20,000 nt of DNA from an uncultured virus (IMG/VR IMGVR_UViG_3300050343_000130) (IMGVR_UViG_3300050343_000130); one strand, 5' to 3'. Counted from the first letter of the stretch, positions 8,135 to 16,816 are shown. A program made the numbers and translations. The notes: generated from the letters alone by a model not told the origin.

Positions 8135-9096
8135 ATGTCCTCGAAGTCTTCTCCTTCGCCAGCTTTAGAATAATCTGTTGGCCTAATAGCGAAAAAGTCA
8201 GTATGAGTGACGCCCCCGGTAAGATGATAAAACCAATTAAGATTATCCGCTGCATCTTTTTCATACGCGAAATACGATCCCAAATCGATGTACCCCAATT
8301 CAACAAGCTTTTCATTTGTTCTCTTTCTTATAAATTGTTTTAAATCATTTGCCTTAATGCCTTCAATGTCTCCCATCTCAAACATTTTGTCTATATACTT
8401 CTCTTCTAAATCTACCATTGCTTCGGCAGCTTTAATTACATTTGCCCTGCATGCTTCTAGTAAAGTATCATCTTCCTGACACATATGTCTAAATAATTGA
8501 CAACCCATTTTACTATGCAATGATTCATCTCTTACAGACCATTTCATTTGCTGACCAATTCCTTTGAGTAAATTACGTAATTGAAAACTATATAACACAG
8601 CGAAAGCACTATATAAACTAACACCCTCTGCGAAAGCGGAAAATATAGCCAAGCTTGTACCGATGCCAACACTACTAGTACCGTCATAAGCAACCAAGTT
8701 ATCAAAACGTCTAGCTGTTGCAGGTTCGTGTAAAAATGCTTCATAGTCTTCTAATTTTAATGTTTCATTTAGATAGCTATATGCTACAGCATGCACAGTT
8801 TCTTGTGAGCCAAACATCATAGCCATCTGTCTTATCTCGTGTTTAGGAAACCACGATACGACCTTCTGGGTCCAATAGTCTGAAACAGCGCATTCGGTCT
8901 GCGCGAATCCAAGAAGTATGTTCCCAACGAGGTTTTTTTCTTTTTTGTCAAGTCTTTCATTCCAATCTTTTATATCGCTCTGCATTGAGATTTCAGTATG
9001 TAACCAAAATGCTTGAGCTTGTTTTAACCAACCTTCTGTATAGTATTCAGGATAATCAAATGGTTTGTACGCTATGCGCTCATCAAACAATCCCAT
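8128..9096 (-). CDS. nrdB: Ribonucleotide reductase class I beta subunit (NrdBi / class Id-like)
   Basis: YKPFDYP, FWLHTE, FAQTE68, E99-TV-H102-AVA-Y106, EGVSLYSAF, RDESLH, HTDFFA..PTDY. Confidence 0.95.
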   Translation of the reverse strand: MGLFDERIAYKPFDYPEYYTEGWLKQAQAFWLHTEISMQSDIKDWNERLDKKEKNLVGNILLGFAQTECAVSDYWTQKVVSWFPKHEIRQMAMMFGSQETVHAVAYSYLNETLKLEDYEAFLHEPATARRFDNLVAYDGTSSVGIGTSLAIFSAFAEGVSLYSAFAVLYSFQLRNLLKGIGQQMKWSVRDESLHSKMGCQLFRHMCQEDDTLLEACRANVIKAAEAMVDLEEKYIDKMFEMGDIEGIKANDLKQFIRKRTNEKLVELGYIDLGSYFAYEKDAADNLNWFYHLTGGVTHTDFFAIRPTDYSKAGEGEDFEDIW

Positions 9097-9239
9097 TATT
9101 TAAATATTTCTAACGCTATATCTACAAAAGGTAAATATAAGACATGCGTTACTTGTGTTTCTTCGTCATAAGTTCTTGCTCCTAGTAGTACACCAGGATA
9201 CGTACCTATAGATAAACTCCAATTCTTATTTTCCTCCAT
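9096..9239 (-). CDS. Hypothetical protein (47 aa; not in ORF track)
   Basis: MEENKNWSLSIGTYPGVLLGARTYDEETQVTHVLYLPFVDIALEIFK; its TAA overlaps the nrdB ATG (TAATG). Confidence 0.65.
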   Translation of the reverse strand: MEENKNWSLSIGTYPGVLLGARTYDEETQVTHVLYLPFVDIALEIFK

Positions 9240-9405
9240 ATGCTTTAATATTATATTTATCTTGTAGTTCAACTAATTCTTTATATTTTATTTTGCCTCT
9301 AACATCCCAACTCCATTTGCACCATTTATCAATCTGTCTTTCAGCGTACTTTTGCCTAGCTAATCTTTTCGACTGGCTTGGATGAGGCTTATCGTTTCGT
9401 CGCAT
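9226..9405 (-). CDS. Hypothetical basic protein (59 aa; not in ORF track)
   Basis: MRRNDKPHPSQSKRLARQKYAERQIDKWCKWSWDVRGKIKYKELVELQDKYNIKAYGGK fills the otherwise empty 9240-9359 gap. Confidence 0.55.
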   Translation of the reverse strand: MRRNDKPHPSQSKRLARQKYAERQIDKWCKWSWDVRGKIKYKELVELQDKYNIKAYGGK

Positions 9406-9818
9406 TCTTTTTGATTTTGTGGTTTGTATAATGTTGTACCCGGAAACTGCCTAACTATTAATTGCTTAAATAATTTCCATCGCATAGGAAATGATTCGTT
9501 TGCTCTACCTTTGGTTTCAATTATAAAATCTTCGCCAATAAAATCTGGTGTATACTTTATAGGTAATATTCTTTTTTCACCTCTATTCTTGTAATCACCT
9601 TTACCATTGGATTGTCTTTCATAAACTTTATTATCAAAATGAAATCCATTTAATAAAACAAACGTTTCTCCCTCGTATTTAGCTTTAATTCTTGCTTTCT
9701 TTAAAGCCATATACATATAACGTTCAAGGCCCGAAGCAAAGTTGATACCATCATATGATACCTTCTTTGCTTGCACTGGTCCTCTCTTCTTTTTTCTTTT
9801 ATAAGGTTTTCTCATCAT
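9360..9818 (-). CDS. PD-(D/E)XK endonuclease, T7 endonuclease I / DUF1064-like (putative Holliday junction resolvase)
   Basis: DGINFASGLE, KYTPDF, IIETKG motifs; start at ATG 9818 or 9815 rather than 9854. Confidence 0.8.
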   Translation of the reverse strand: MMRKPYKRKKKRGPVQAKKVSYDGINFASGLERYMYMALKKARIKAKYEGETFVLLNGFHFDNKVYERQSNGKGDYKNRGEKRILPIKYTPDFIGEDFIIETKGRANESFPMRWKLFKQLIVRQFPGTTLYKPQNQKECDETISLIQASRKD

Positions 9819-10017
9819 AAGCTTCTTTTGCTTTTTGTAAATATAACACAGCATCCATAAGCTCTTCTTGTAAATGATTAAGCCAGTCTATTACTTTACT
9901 AGGATCTTCATCTAGTGTAACACCGTATTTAGCATAGCCTACATCTGATCTAGACACAAATTTATCTACAACTCGCTCAACAACTGGATCTCTAAATTCT
10001 ATTTGTTTTTTACTCAT
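9799..10017 (-). CDS. Small all-alpha NTP pyrophosphatase-like (MazG-superfamily) protein
   Basis: RSDVGYAKYGVTL...WLNHLQEELMDAVLY with an EExxD acidic cluster. Confidence 0.6.
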   Translation of the reverse strand: MSKKQIEFRDPVVERVVDKFVSRSDVGYAKYGVTLDEDPSKVIDWLNHLQEELMDAVLYLQKAKEAYDEKTL

Positions 10018-10783
10018 TGTCTGTATCTTTTACGAATGTTCCATTAATCATTTTACCTGTTCTTGCCGCTATAACTTTATAAGCTTCGTCAATACAATAT
10101 TCTATATTGTATCCTTCTAAATGAGCTAAGTTTGTAAGCACTACAACAATATCACCTATTGCATCTATAACTTCAGGTTTATCGTTCTTAAGTAATGCTT
10201 TAGCTAACTCTCCAGCTTCTTCTTGTAATTTGACATATTGTGTATGTGAATTACCTTCGTTATATAATCCTCTTGTAGCTGCCCAGTTTCTTATAAGATC
10301 GAATCTTTCGTCTGAACGTACATCAGGATTGTGGTCTGTGTTATAAAACGCTTCATAAAAAGCTTTATTATATATATAGCTTCTTTTATCATTGTACATT
10401 GATGTTTTACAATTCTGCATAATCCAAGGTATTGTTTTGGCTGTTATTTCAAATGTGCCAAATTCCGTAGACCATTTAGCCCCTATGTGGTCCGATAAAT
10501 TACCTTTAAGTTTATTTACTGGATAGGGGAATGTACTTGTCTGCTCTGTAGCGTTAATTTTCATTTTATTTGATTTAATTAAATTTTTATAAGTTTGTCT
10601 ATCAACTTTATAGCCGTAAGACTTTTGAAGTTCTATTTCCTTTGCGGATATAATTTCTATATCATCGCTTGTAAATAAAACTTCATACTCTTCTGGTGCA
10701 TATCCTTGTTGCTCCGTAACTCTTTTATTAAGATTACGTGTAACTCCAATTTTTTTACCAGGAATGTGATAAATGTTGTACAT
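10010..10783 (-). CDS. Fusion of GIY-YIG-like N-terminal domain, unknown middle domain and C-terminal MazG-like NTP pyrophosphohydrolase
   Basis: N-term YNIYHIPGKKIGVTRNLNKR...E; C-term WAATRGL...QYVKLQEEAGELAKA...DAIGDIVVVL...RTGKMINGTFVKD. Confidence 0.8.
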   Translation of the reverse strand: MYNIYHIPGKKIGVTRNLNKRVTEQQGYAPEEYEVLFTSDDIEIISAKEIELQKSYGYKVDRQTYKNLIKSNKMKINATEQTSTFPYPVNKLKGNLSDHIGAKWSTEFGTFEITAKTIPWIMQNCKTSMYNDKRSYIYNKAFYEAFYNTDHNPDVRSDERFDLIRNWAATRGLYNEGNSHTQYVKLQEEAGELAKALLKNDKPEVIDAIGDIVVVLTNLAHLEGYNIEYCIDEAYKVIAARTGKMINGTFVKDTDNE

Positions 10784-10792
10784 ATTTTTAGT

Positions 10793-11605
10793 TTATTTGC
10801 CAACACTCAACTCTGCTTTTATAGCAGGATAAGGATTGTATTTGATTAAATTTATTTCATTATGCTTAGGTATTTCTAAAGAAACATCTAAACCTTTATC
10901 TAACTTAAGCTTTGGTAAAACTCTTTTAGGTCTGTTTATATATACATTTGCTTGTTCTAAATGATTGTTATATAAATGACAATCCCCAAGCTGTCCTATA
11001 AGCTTCCCAGGCTTCAAATTAGAGCCTTTAGCCAACATCTCGAGTAGTAAGCCATACATTGAAATATCGTACGGCAGACCAAGAAATATATCGACTGATC
11101 TTTGTTGCCACATTAAATCCATAACGCCATTGTTTATGTATATTTGAAATCCGTAATGACACGGAGGCAACACCATATCATCCATTTCATGAGGAGCCCA
11201 GGCGGATAACATAATGCGACGACTGTGCGGTGTATCACGTATAGCATTTACTACATTTGCTAGTTGATCAACCCCATTGAAGTCACGCCATTGTTTTCCA
11301 TATACAGGGCCAAGTGTTTCGTCCGTTCTACCTGATCTATTATAATCAGGGCGCCAGTATTTAACACCATTGTCTTCAAGATATTTAAGATCTGTTCTAC
11401 CTTGTAATATCCAAAGCAATTCTGTTTTAACTGCTTGGAAGCTTATCCTTTTACCTGTGAGTATAGGGAAGCCAAGTGACATATCGTGCTTAATCGTTCT
11501 TCCGAAGACAGCTCTCGTCCCTGTCCCTGTTCTATCCTCTTTATTAGATCCGCCGTGGAGTACACCTCCCATAAGTGCTTTATATTCATTTTCTATGTTT
11601 ATCAT
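10793..11605 (-). CDS. thyA: Thymidylate synthase-family enzyme with Asn-to-Asp specificity residue (candidate dCMP methyl/hydroxymethyl transferase)
   Basis: DRTGTGT, ELLWIL, GPVYGKQWRDF, SRRIMLSAW, LPPCH, QRSVDIFLGLPYDI, GDCHLYNNH. Start probably ATG at 11605. Confidence 0.9.
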   Translation of the reverse strand: MINIENEYKALMGGVLHGGSNKEDRTGTGTRAVFGRTIKHDMSLGFPILTGKRISFQAVKTELLWILQGRTDLKYLEDNGVKYWRPDYNRSGRTDETLGPVYGKQWRDFNGVDQLANVVNAIRDTPHSRRIMLSAWAPHEMDDMVLPPCHYGFQIYINNGVMDLMWQQRSVDIFLGLPYDISMYGLLLEMLAKGSNLKPGKLIGQLGDCHLYNNHLEQANVYINRPKRVLPKLKLDKGLDVSLEIPKHNEINLIKYNPYPAIKAELSVGK

Positions 11606-11864
11606 AATAATATTTACAAAATTCATAATACGCTTTCCAAATCGCATCTCTATTATATATACTCGGTGCTACATTAGGTTTCTCTCCACGTTTGTATGGG
11701 CCAAGTGTTATAGTTATTCGCCAGTTATCTGGATCGTTCTGTATTCCTTGAGGTGCAATTCTTATATCATTACGTATACAATACAAACAAGCTTTAATCT
11801 CGTCTGTAGTAGGAACGTATTTTGGCATGCTATAATTAGCGCCTTTTCTATATAAGCTTTTCAT
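11586..11864 (-). CDS. Hypothetical protein (92 aa)
   Basis: Abuts the primase-helicase stop and overlaps the thyA start; operon-consistent. Confidence 0.7.
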   Translation of the reverse strand: MKSLYRKGANYSMPKYVPTTDEIKACLYCIRNDIRIAPQGIQNDPDNWRITITLGPYKRGEKPNVAPSIYNRDAIWKAYYEFCKYYYDKHRK

Positions 11865-13583
11865 TTATTCCCAAGGCATAGCCTCATCTGTTAAGTTTAA
11901 TTGCTCGTGAGGTATAAAGCAACCCGACTTTGGTTCCCATTTAAAATGTGCTTCAGCACCGTTCTCTCCTAAGTTTTGAAACTTAACTTTAAGAACTTTA
12001 GCTTTAACAGTTTTCTCTTCATAATTTCTATGAACTAATATACCGTGATAAGAAGCATCATACCATTCACCTCCACCTTTAATGTTATACATTGTAGGTT
12101 CTTCAATCTTACCGTCTTGTGTCTTATACATCTTAGTAGGGTGAGCTACTATAAATACAAGCACATCGTACTTCTTAGCAAATATTTCGATCTTAGTTAA
12201 GTATTCCATAGTATACCTGTTAACATCTTCTGTCTTACAGTCTACGTCTCTAACCTTATTAAAAGGATCTATAACTAAACATTTAATACCTTTACGTTTT
12301 ACTAGCTCAGCACCTTTACGTAACACAGACTCTAATGTGTAACGTTCCATATCAATATGAAAATAATTACTATTGCAATGATCAGCTATTTGATTCCATT
12401 TGTCTCCGTGTATATCTGAAGCTGATGGCATACCTTCCCAGGTTTTTCTCATTAGCTTGTGAGCATGTAAATACGTCGGCGCATTTTCTGGTGATGCAAA
12501 AGCCGTCTTCCAACCGTAGTTACGATTATATCCGACAACCATCTGATCAACAAAGTCTGATTTACCTGAACTAGGTATACCAGTGACAGTAATAAATTGA
12601 CCGGTATAAGTACTAAAAATGTCATCAAAATTGGATAAGCCAACTTGATATCCTTTCTTAAAGCCGTTACGAACAAAGTCAGTAACCTCATCCTCAATAT
12701 CTCTGAATGTCGTAACATTTTCAAGCGGAACGGGTCTCGCTCCGGTAATACGCTCTGATAGTTTTTCTTTTCCATGCTTGATTAAGTATTCATTAGCATC
12801 TTTACAATCATCAAACGTTGCTAAGTAACAAACTTCTGCTCCTAGCCTTCTAACTAATTCTGATTGCAATGCTTGTCCAGCTTCATCCGAATCAACTGCT
12901 AATATTATTTTCTCTTTGTCTTCAAAATAATCAATACAATTGTCTAGATAATCTAAGTTATTACTATTTAGTGTTGCGCCATTAGGAACTGATATTGCGT
13001 TAGGTATTCCAGCTTCGTGCAATGCTAACACATCCATTTCACCTTCTACTATAATACAATATTCATATCCTACTATACTATTTATATTATAAAATACTTT
13101 CTCAGCTCCTTTATATAGTTTAAAGTTTTTTCTACCGTCTCTATATTTAATATTAATAAGCTGATCACCCATTATATAATTAAACTGAATCGTATTCTCG
13201 GCCTTGCCGGTTTGAGGCATATATTCAGAACCTTCAGTCACGTGTAATTCGTCTAAAGTTTTCTGTGATATACCTCTTGTTTTAAACCATTCATATACTT
13301 TAGATCCTAACTGTTCAGGATCTGCAACATGCAACGCATTGGGCCTAACGTATTCTTTTTCGCTAGCACCCTTGCGTTGATATGTATGTAATTGAAATGA
13401 TGTGTTACAATTATGACAAGTACCGAGACCACGTTCCCAATCGTAAGAAGCGCACTTTAATTTTTGCTTCTTGGGTTGTCTATCAGAAGAGCACAAAGGA
13501 CACGTCCCTTGTTTCTTACCTTCGTCAAGCTTATATTGATTGAACTCATCAATCAAGAATCCATTGATCTCTGTTGTCTGCAT
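11865..13583 (-). CDS. Bifunctional DNA primase-helicase (T7 gp4 / Twinkle-like)
   Basis: Zn ribbon CPLC...CHNC, TOPRIM EGEMD and DSDEAG/KDANE, Walker A GIPSSGKS, VIDP, VAHPTK. Confidence 0.93.
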   Translation of the reverse strand: MQTTEINGFLIDEFNQYKLDEGKKQGTCPLCSSDRQPKKQKLKCASYDWERGLGTCHNCNTSFQLHTYQRKGASEKEYVRPNALHVADPEQLGSKVYEWFKTRGISQKTLDELHVTEGSEYMPQTGKAENTIQFNYIMGDQLINIKYRDGRKNFKLYKGAEKVFYNINSIVGYEYCIIVEGEMDVLALHEAGIPNAISVPNGATLNSNNLDYLDNCIDYFEDKEKIILAVDSDEAGQALQSELVRRLGAEVCYLATFDDCKDANEYLIKHGKEKLSERITGARPVPLENVTTFRDIEDEVTDFVRNGFKKGYQVGLSNFDDIFSTYTGQFITVTGIPSSGKSDFVDQMVVGYNRNYGWKTAFASPENAPTYLHAHKLMRKTWEGMPSASDIHGDKWNQIADHCNSNYFHIDMERYTLESVLRKGAELVKRKGIKCLVIDPFNKVRDVDCKTEDVNRYTMEYLTKIEIFAKKYDVLVFIVAHPTKMYKTQDGKIEEPTMYNIKGGGEWYDASYHGILVHRNYEEKTVKAKVLKVKFQNLGENGAEAHFKWEPKSGCFIPHEQLNLTDEAMPWE

Positions 13584-13596
13584 TAATTATATTAGT

Positions 13597-13905
13597 TTAA
13601 AATGGTAAATCATCTGCCGGTTGTGCTACCGGTTGAGCTTGTTGTGGTTGATCTGTTCTTGGTGCAGCGGCTACATTATCACCGTTAGTCCACACCACTT
13701 TAACATTTCCTAAATAAGTCTTAGCTACTTTAGCTTCACGCTCCTCTTTAGATTGTTCAACAATAACCGGTCCTTGATTACCATAGTTGTCAACTTCGTC
13801 ATTAATTGTAATTGTTATAGGTAAATACTTACCTTTCTTGCCCACATAGATTTTATCTTTTGGGATTTCATTCAAGTTAATACTTGCTTTAATTATACTT
13901 GCCAT
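13597..13905 (-). CDS. Putative single-stranded DNA-binding protein
   Basis: Beta-rich core, Q/P-rich linker, acidic DDLPF C-terminal tip; lies between recombination genes and primase. Confidence 0.7.
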   Translation of the reverse strand: MASIIKASINLNEIPKDKIYVGKKGKYLPITITINDEVDNYGNQGPVIVEQSKEEREAKVAKTYLGNVKVVWTNGDNVAAAPRTDQPQQAQPVAQPADDLPF

Positions 13906-13906
13906 A

Positions 13907-14083
13907 TTAGTACGCGTTTATCTGATTAAACATTCTTGTTAATTGCTCTTTTGTAGCGCCAGTATTTCTTCTCATATTGTCTACTGCTTTAACATGATTT
14001 TGGTTAGTATAAAAATTATCTACACTTGTTTTCATTCCTGTTACTGTACAAATTTTTGTTTGGTTTTTTCTTGGTCTTGCCAT
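13907..14083 (-). CDS. Hypothetical protein (58 aa; not in ORF track)
   Basis: MARPRKNQTKICTVTGMKTSVDNFYTNQNHVKAVDNMRRNTGATKEQLTRMFNQINAY fills the gap, with a 1-nt spacer to the SSB start. Confidence 0.7.
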   Translation of the reverse strand: MARPRKNQTKICTVTGMKTSVDNFYTNQNHVKAVDNMRRNTGATKEQLTRMFNQINAY

Positions 14084-14092
14084 AATTAATAA

Positions 14093-14839
14093 TTAAAGGG
14101 TTTTGTTAATAAAAAATTGTTGTGGATCGAAATCCGGGTTTTTAAAAAATAGTTCATATGCTTCTATAGCTCTTTCAACTTTATCTCTACCGCTTTCCAA
14201 AAACTTTGGAGAACAATCAAATATACCTATTTGATGAGATGATTTGTCTATAGCCATAAACACCAGCTCATAACCAAATAATTTTTGGTAAATATAAGCT
14301 TGTGAATCGTAATTATATTTTCGTGCACTATACTGAAATTTTGATATGTCAGCTGTAGTTTTCAAATCAATAATTAATTTTTCACCGTGGTTTATTATAT
14401 CAGCTTTGCCTTTCCACATATGACCGCCTATTTCTTCAATCCCAGGCTGTTCGTAAGTTACACTCTCACCTGTTCCACGAATCAAATCTCTACATATGTC
14501 ATTAGACATTATCTTGTCTACTAACAATTCAGTTTTATCTACTTCGTGTTGCAATAAGCATATCTCACCGCCTGAGATCTCTCTATACGCTTTTGTATTT
14601 CTAGTTGTAGCTTCTACAATCTTAAAGTTATTAAGCTTTTCAGGTTCTAGTATAGCTGTATGAAAATACCCACCAATTAAAAATGCAGGTCTATTCTCTA
14701 GAGGTACGCCTAGCGATAGAGGGTTTGTTAACAGTGTAGAGATGTCAGAATTACTTAAAAACTTCTTACCGTAACTGCCGTAATAGTTTTTATCTTCCTT
14801 AAGTTTTTCTAACACCTCTTTCTTGTTAGCTTTTTCCAT
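14093..14839 (-). CDS. PD-(D/E)XK exonuclease, RecE/exonuclease VIII-like (DUF3799-type)
   Basis: LSNSDI, GGYFHTAILEP, KGKADII, IIDLKTT, YDSQAYIY. Confidence 0.82.
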   Translation of the reverse strand: MEKANKKEVLEKLKEDKNYYGSYGKKFLSNSDISTLLTNPLSLGVPLENRPAFLIGGYFHTAILEPEKLNNFKIVEATTRNTKAYREISGGEICLLQHEVDKTELLVDKIMSNDICRDLIRGTGESVTYEQPGIEEIGGHMWKGKADIINHGEKLIIDLKTTADISKFQYSARKYNYDSQAYIYQKLFGYELVFMAIDKSSHQIGIFDCSPKFLESGRDKVERAIEAYELFFKNPDFDPQQFFINKTL

Positions 14840-14840
14840 T

Positions 14841-15386
14841 TTATAGAGTTTTCAATTTTGCCTCTACTTCTTTAGATAAGGCATACTTTGCTTTTATAGC
14901 TTCAATCTTACCTCCTGCTTTAACGTAATCCTTTGCTTTAGCAAATGCTGGATCTTTGTCTGATGTTAAGGTAGGCTTGTTAGCTCTCGGTGCATTACCG
15001 TGGTTGTTTGTAGCGTCACTATCTGCAGTGTCGTCAATTAAAAATAAATTACCTAGCGCATATTTTTTTCCGTAAGATGATGCACTACCGAACTTTTGAG
15101 GCATTTGCATACCCTTCTGAGTTAGGTCAACGCCTACAAGTGCAGTAGCACGTATAGCATTTTCGCCATCGCAGATGATAGCAGTTGATTTGATAATTGG
15201 AAATTCTTGATTGTCAATTAGTTCCTCATCAATTCTTACTGATACTCCTAACTCTAAGAGAAAGGGTTTAGTTGCTTCTAGGATGTCTTCGGCTGATCTG
15301 AAGTTGTATTTGCCGAATGAATTAAATCTACTCTTCTTCGATTTAAATTTTGTCTGGATTTGGGCCAGCTTTTGGTTTATGGTCAT
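14841..15386 (-). CDS. ERF-family single-strand annealing recombinase
   Basis: FNSFGKYNFRSAEDIL, QKFGSASSYGKKYALGNLFLIDDTADSD (ERF GSxxSY..Y.L...D.D motif). Confidence 0.85.
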   Translation of the reverse strand: MTINQKLAQIQTKFKSKKSRFNSFGKYNFRSAEDILEATKPFLLELGVSVRIDEELIDNQEFPIIKSTAIICDGENAIRATALVGVDLTQKGMQMPQKFGSASSYGKKYALGNLFLIDDTADSDATNNHGNAPRANKPTLTSDKDPAFAKAKDYVKAGGKIEAIKAKYALSKEVEAKLKTL

Positions 15387-15436
15387 AAGGTATTGTTTGG
15401 TTTCTTATTATTATTATTACGTATTTTATTCATAAG

Positions 15437-16189
15437 TTAAAGATAATCAATTACTTGGTTGCTGTCGACATTAGCGATTAAATGGTCGATTGCTTCTTTT
15501 TTAATCTGCGAAACTATAACAGTTGCAGTCGGAACTTTGAGACCAATATAGTCTGCTATTTCTTTTGCAGAATGTTTGTTGCAATCTAAACCATAAAATA
15601 ATCTAACTACGTCGTATTGTTTTGATGTTAAATGTTCTTGCATTAGACTAAGCAAATAAGTGTTTAGTAAAGCTATGTTATATGGCTCGGACTTATCAGG
15701 TAATTGATAAGCAAAGTTATCTTCATCGGCTGGTGTTATATCATAACTTGAAAACATACTATTAAAAAACAACGCTACCATCTTATCATCTTTAGGGTTC
15801 TTGCGTATTTCATTTAGCTTGTGTTCTGGTATTTTAATATCGCCTCTGTTAATATCTATTGATCTTCTTATAGCTCCTTTAATTCTTTTACTTAGAAATG
15901 ACTTCAATGTTTTTTCAATGTCCTCTGATTCGTTTAAAACATCCCAGTCTAATCTGTCCACAGCTTTAGTTAATCCTGCACCGCCTTCTTGCAATAGATC
16001 ATTGATACTTAAAACTCCCGAAGCCTGCTGTGTTGTTGAAAACTTGCGAGCTAGATTTTCTACCAACGGCAGAAATCTAATTATAAGTTTATCTCTTGAT
16101 AATTCACTATAGCCAATGTCTTCATCAGGCATAGATGACTTAACATCTTCTTTATACCTAATGTAATTCTGTATATTATATTTTTTCAT
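15437..16189 (-). CDS. Phage sigma70-family RNA polymerase sigma factor
   Basis: Region 2-like LPLVENLARKF...DLLQEGGAGLTKAVDR...RIKGAIRR, IKIPEH, and region 4 HTH LTSKQYDVVRLFYGL...SAKEIADYIG. Confidence 0.85.
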   Translation of the reverse strand: MKKYNIQNYIRYKEDVKSSMPDEDIGYSELSRDKLIIRFLPLVENLARKFSTTQQASGVLSINDLLQEGGAGLTKAVDRLDWDVLNESEDIEKTLKSFLSKRIKGAIRRSIDINRGDIKIPEHKLNEIRKNPKDDKMVALFFNSMFSSYDITPADEDNFAYQLPDKSEPYNIALLNTYLLSLMQEHLTSKQYDVVRLFYGLDCNKHSAKEIADYIGLKVPTATVIVSQIKKEAIDHLIANVDSNQVIDYL

Positions 16190-16195
16190 TACTCA

Positions 16196-16816
16196 TTATA
16201 ATTGCTGGTTTAATAGTTCTTTTTCTCGTCTTAATTCATTTGTCATATTTCTATGCACTGTACGTGTTGAACAACCTAACATTATACTTATCTTTGATAT
16301 ATTGATTTTTTGTTTATTATCATTTAATATAAGCATACTATCATATATTTCAGCAGCCGATAGCTTTTGTCTACCAACCATCTGGCCTACTATAGATAGC
16401 TTTTGTCTCATATCTAAACCGCAGTGATCTTTGAATATAACCTTACGCAATTTATTTGGTGGTGGTTTTTCTAAGTCCTGCATTGATACATCATATACCA
16501 TGCTCTGCATTAATTGTTCTGATACTTTAAAAGTAACAAATCCATTTCTATTATCGCAGACGTATCGTGTTAATGCTGTAAAAGCATCAGCATCCATTTG
16601 GGGATTCAAGTACCATAATACGTACAAGTGCCACTTTAAAGATCTATATGTAGTTATCTTTGCTCTTGATGCAAACAAGTTATAACATTCATGGGTACCG
16701 TCTGCATAAAAATCACCCCAGGCAAATTGCTCTGTTGGTTTATCGCTGATCGGATTACGCCTGTATATTACTCTATGCCTGTTAAGATAATCTTTATTTC
16801 TTTCGTACTGTGACAT
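16196..16816 (-). CDS. Hypothetical DNA-binding protein with C-terminal HTH (possible replication/regulatory protein)
   Basis: C-terminal KINISKISIMLGCSTRTVHRNM helix-turn-helix. Confidence 0.6.
   Translation of the reverse strand: MSQYERNKDYLNRHRVIYRRNPISDKPTEQFAWGDFYADGTHECYNLFASRAKITTYRSLKWHLYVLWYLNPQMDADAFTALTRYVCDNRNGFVTFKVSEQLMQSMVYDVSMQDLEKPPPNKLRKVIFKDHCGLDMRQKLSIVGQMVGRQKLSAAEIYDSMLILNDNKQKINISKISIMLGCSTRTVHRNMTNELRREKELLNQQL

Noticed and set aside
11606..11647. Upstream extension of thyA to 11647 (likewise endonuclease to 9854, ORF to 7979, ORF to 17721)
   Set aside because: Extensions run deep into upstream genes; downstream ATGs give normal short overlaps and family-typical N-termini.
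5975..13583. Introns or inteins in nrdA, nrdB, thyA or primase-helicase
   Set aside because: All are uninterrupted and of compact length, with no intein terminal motifs seen.
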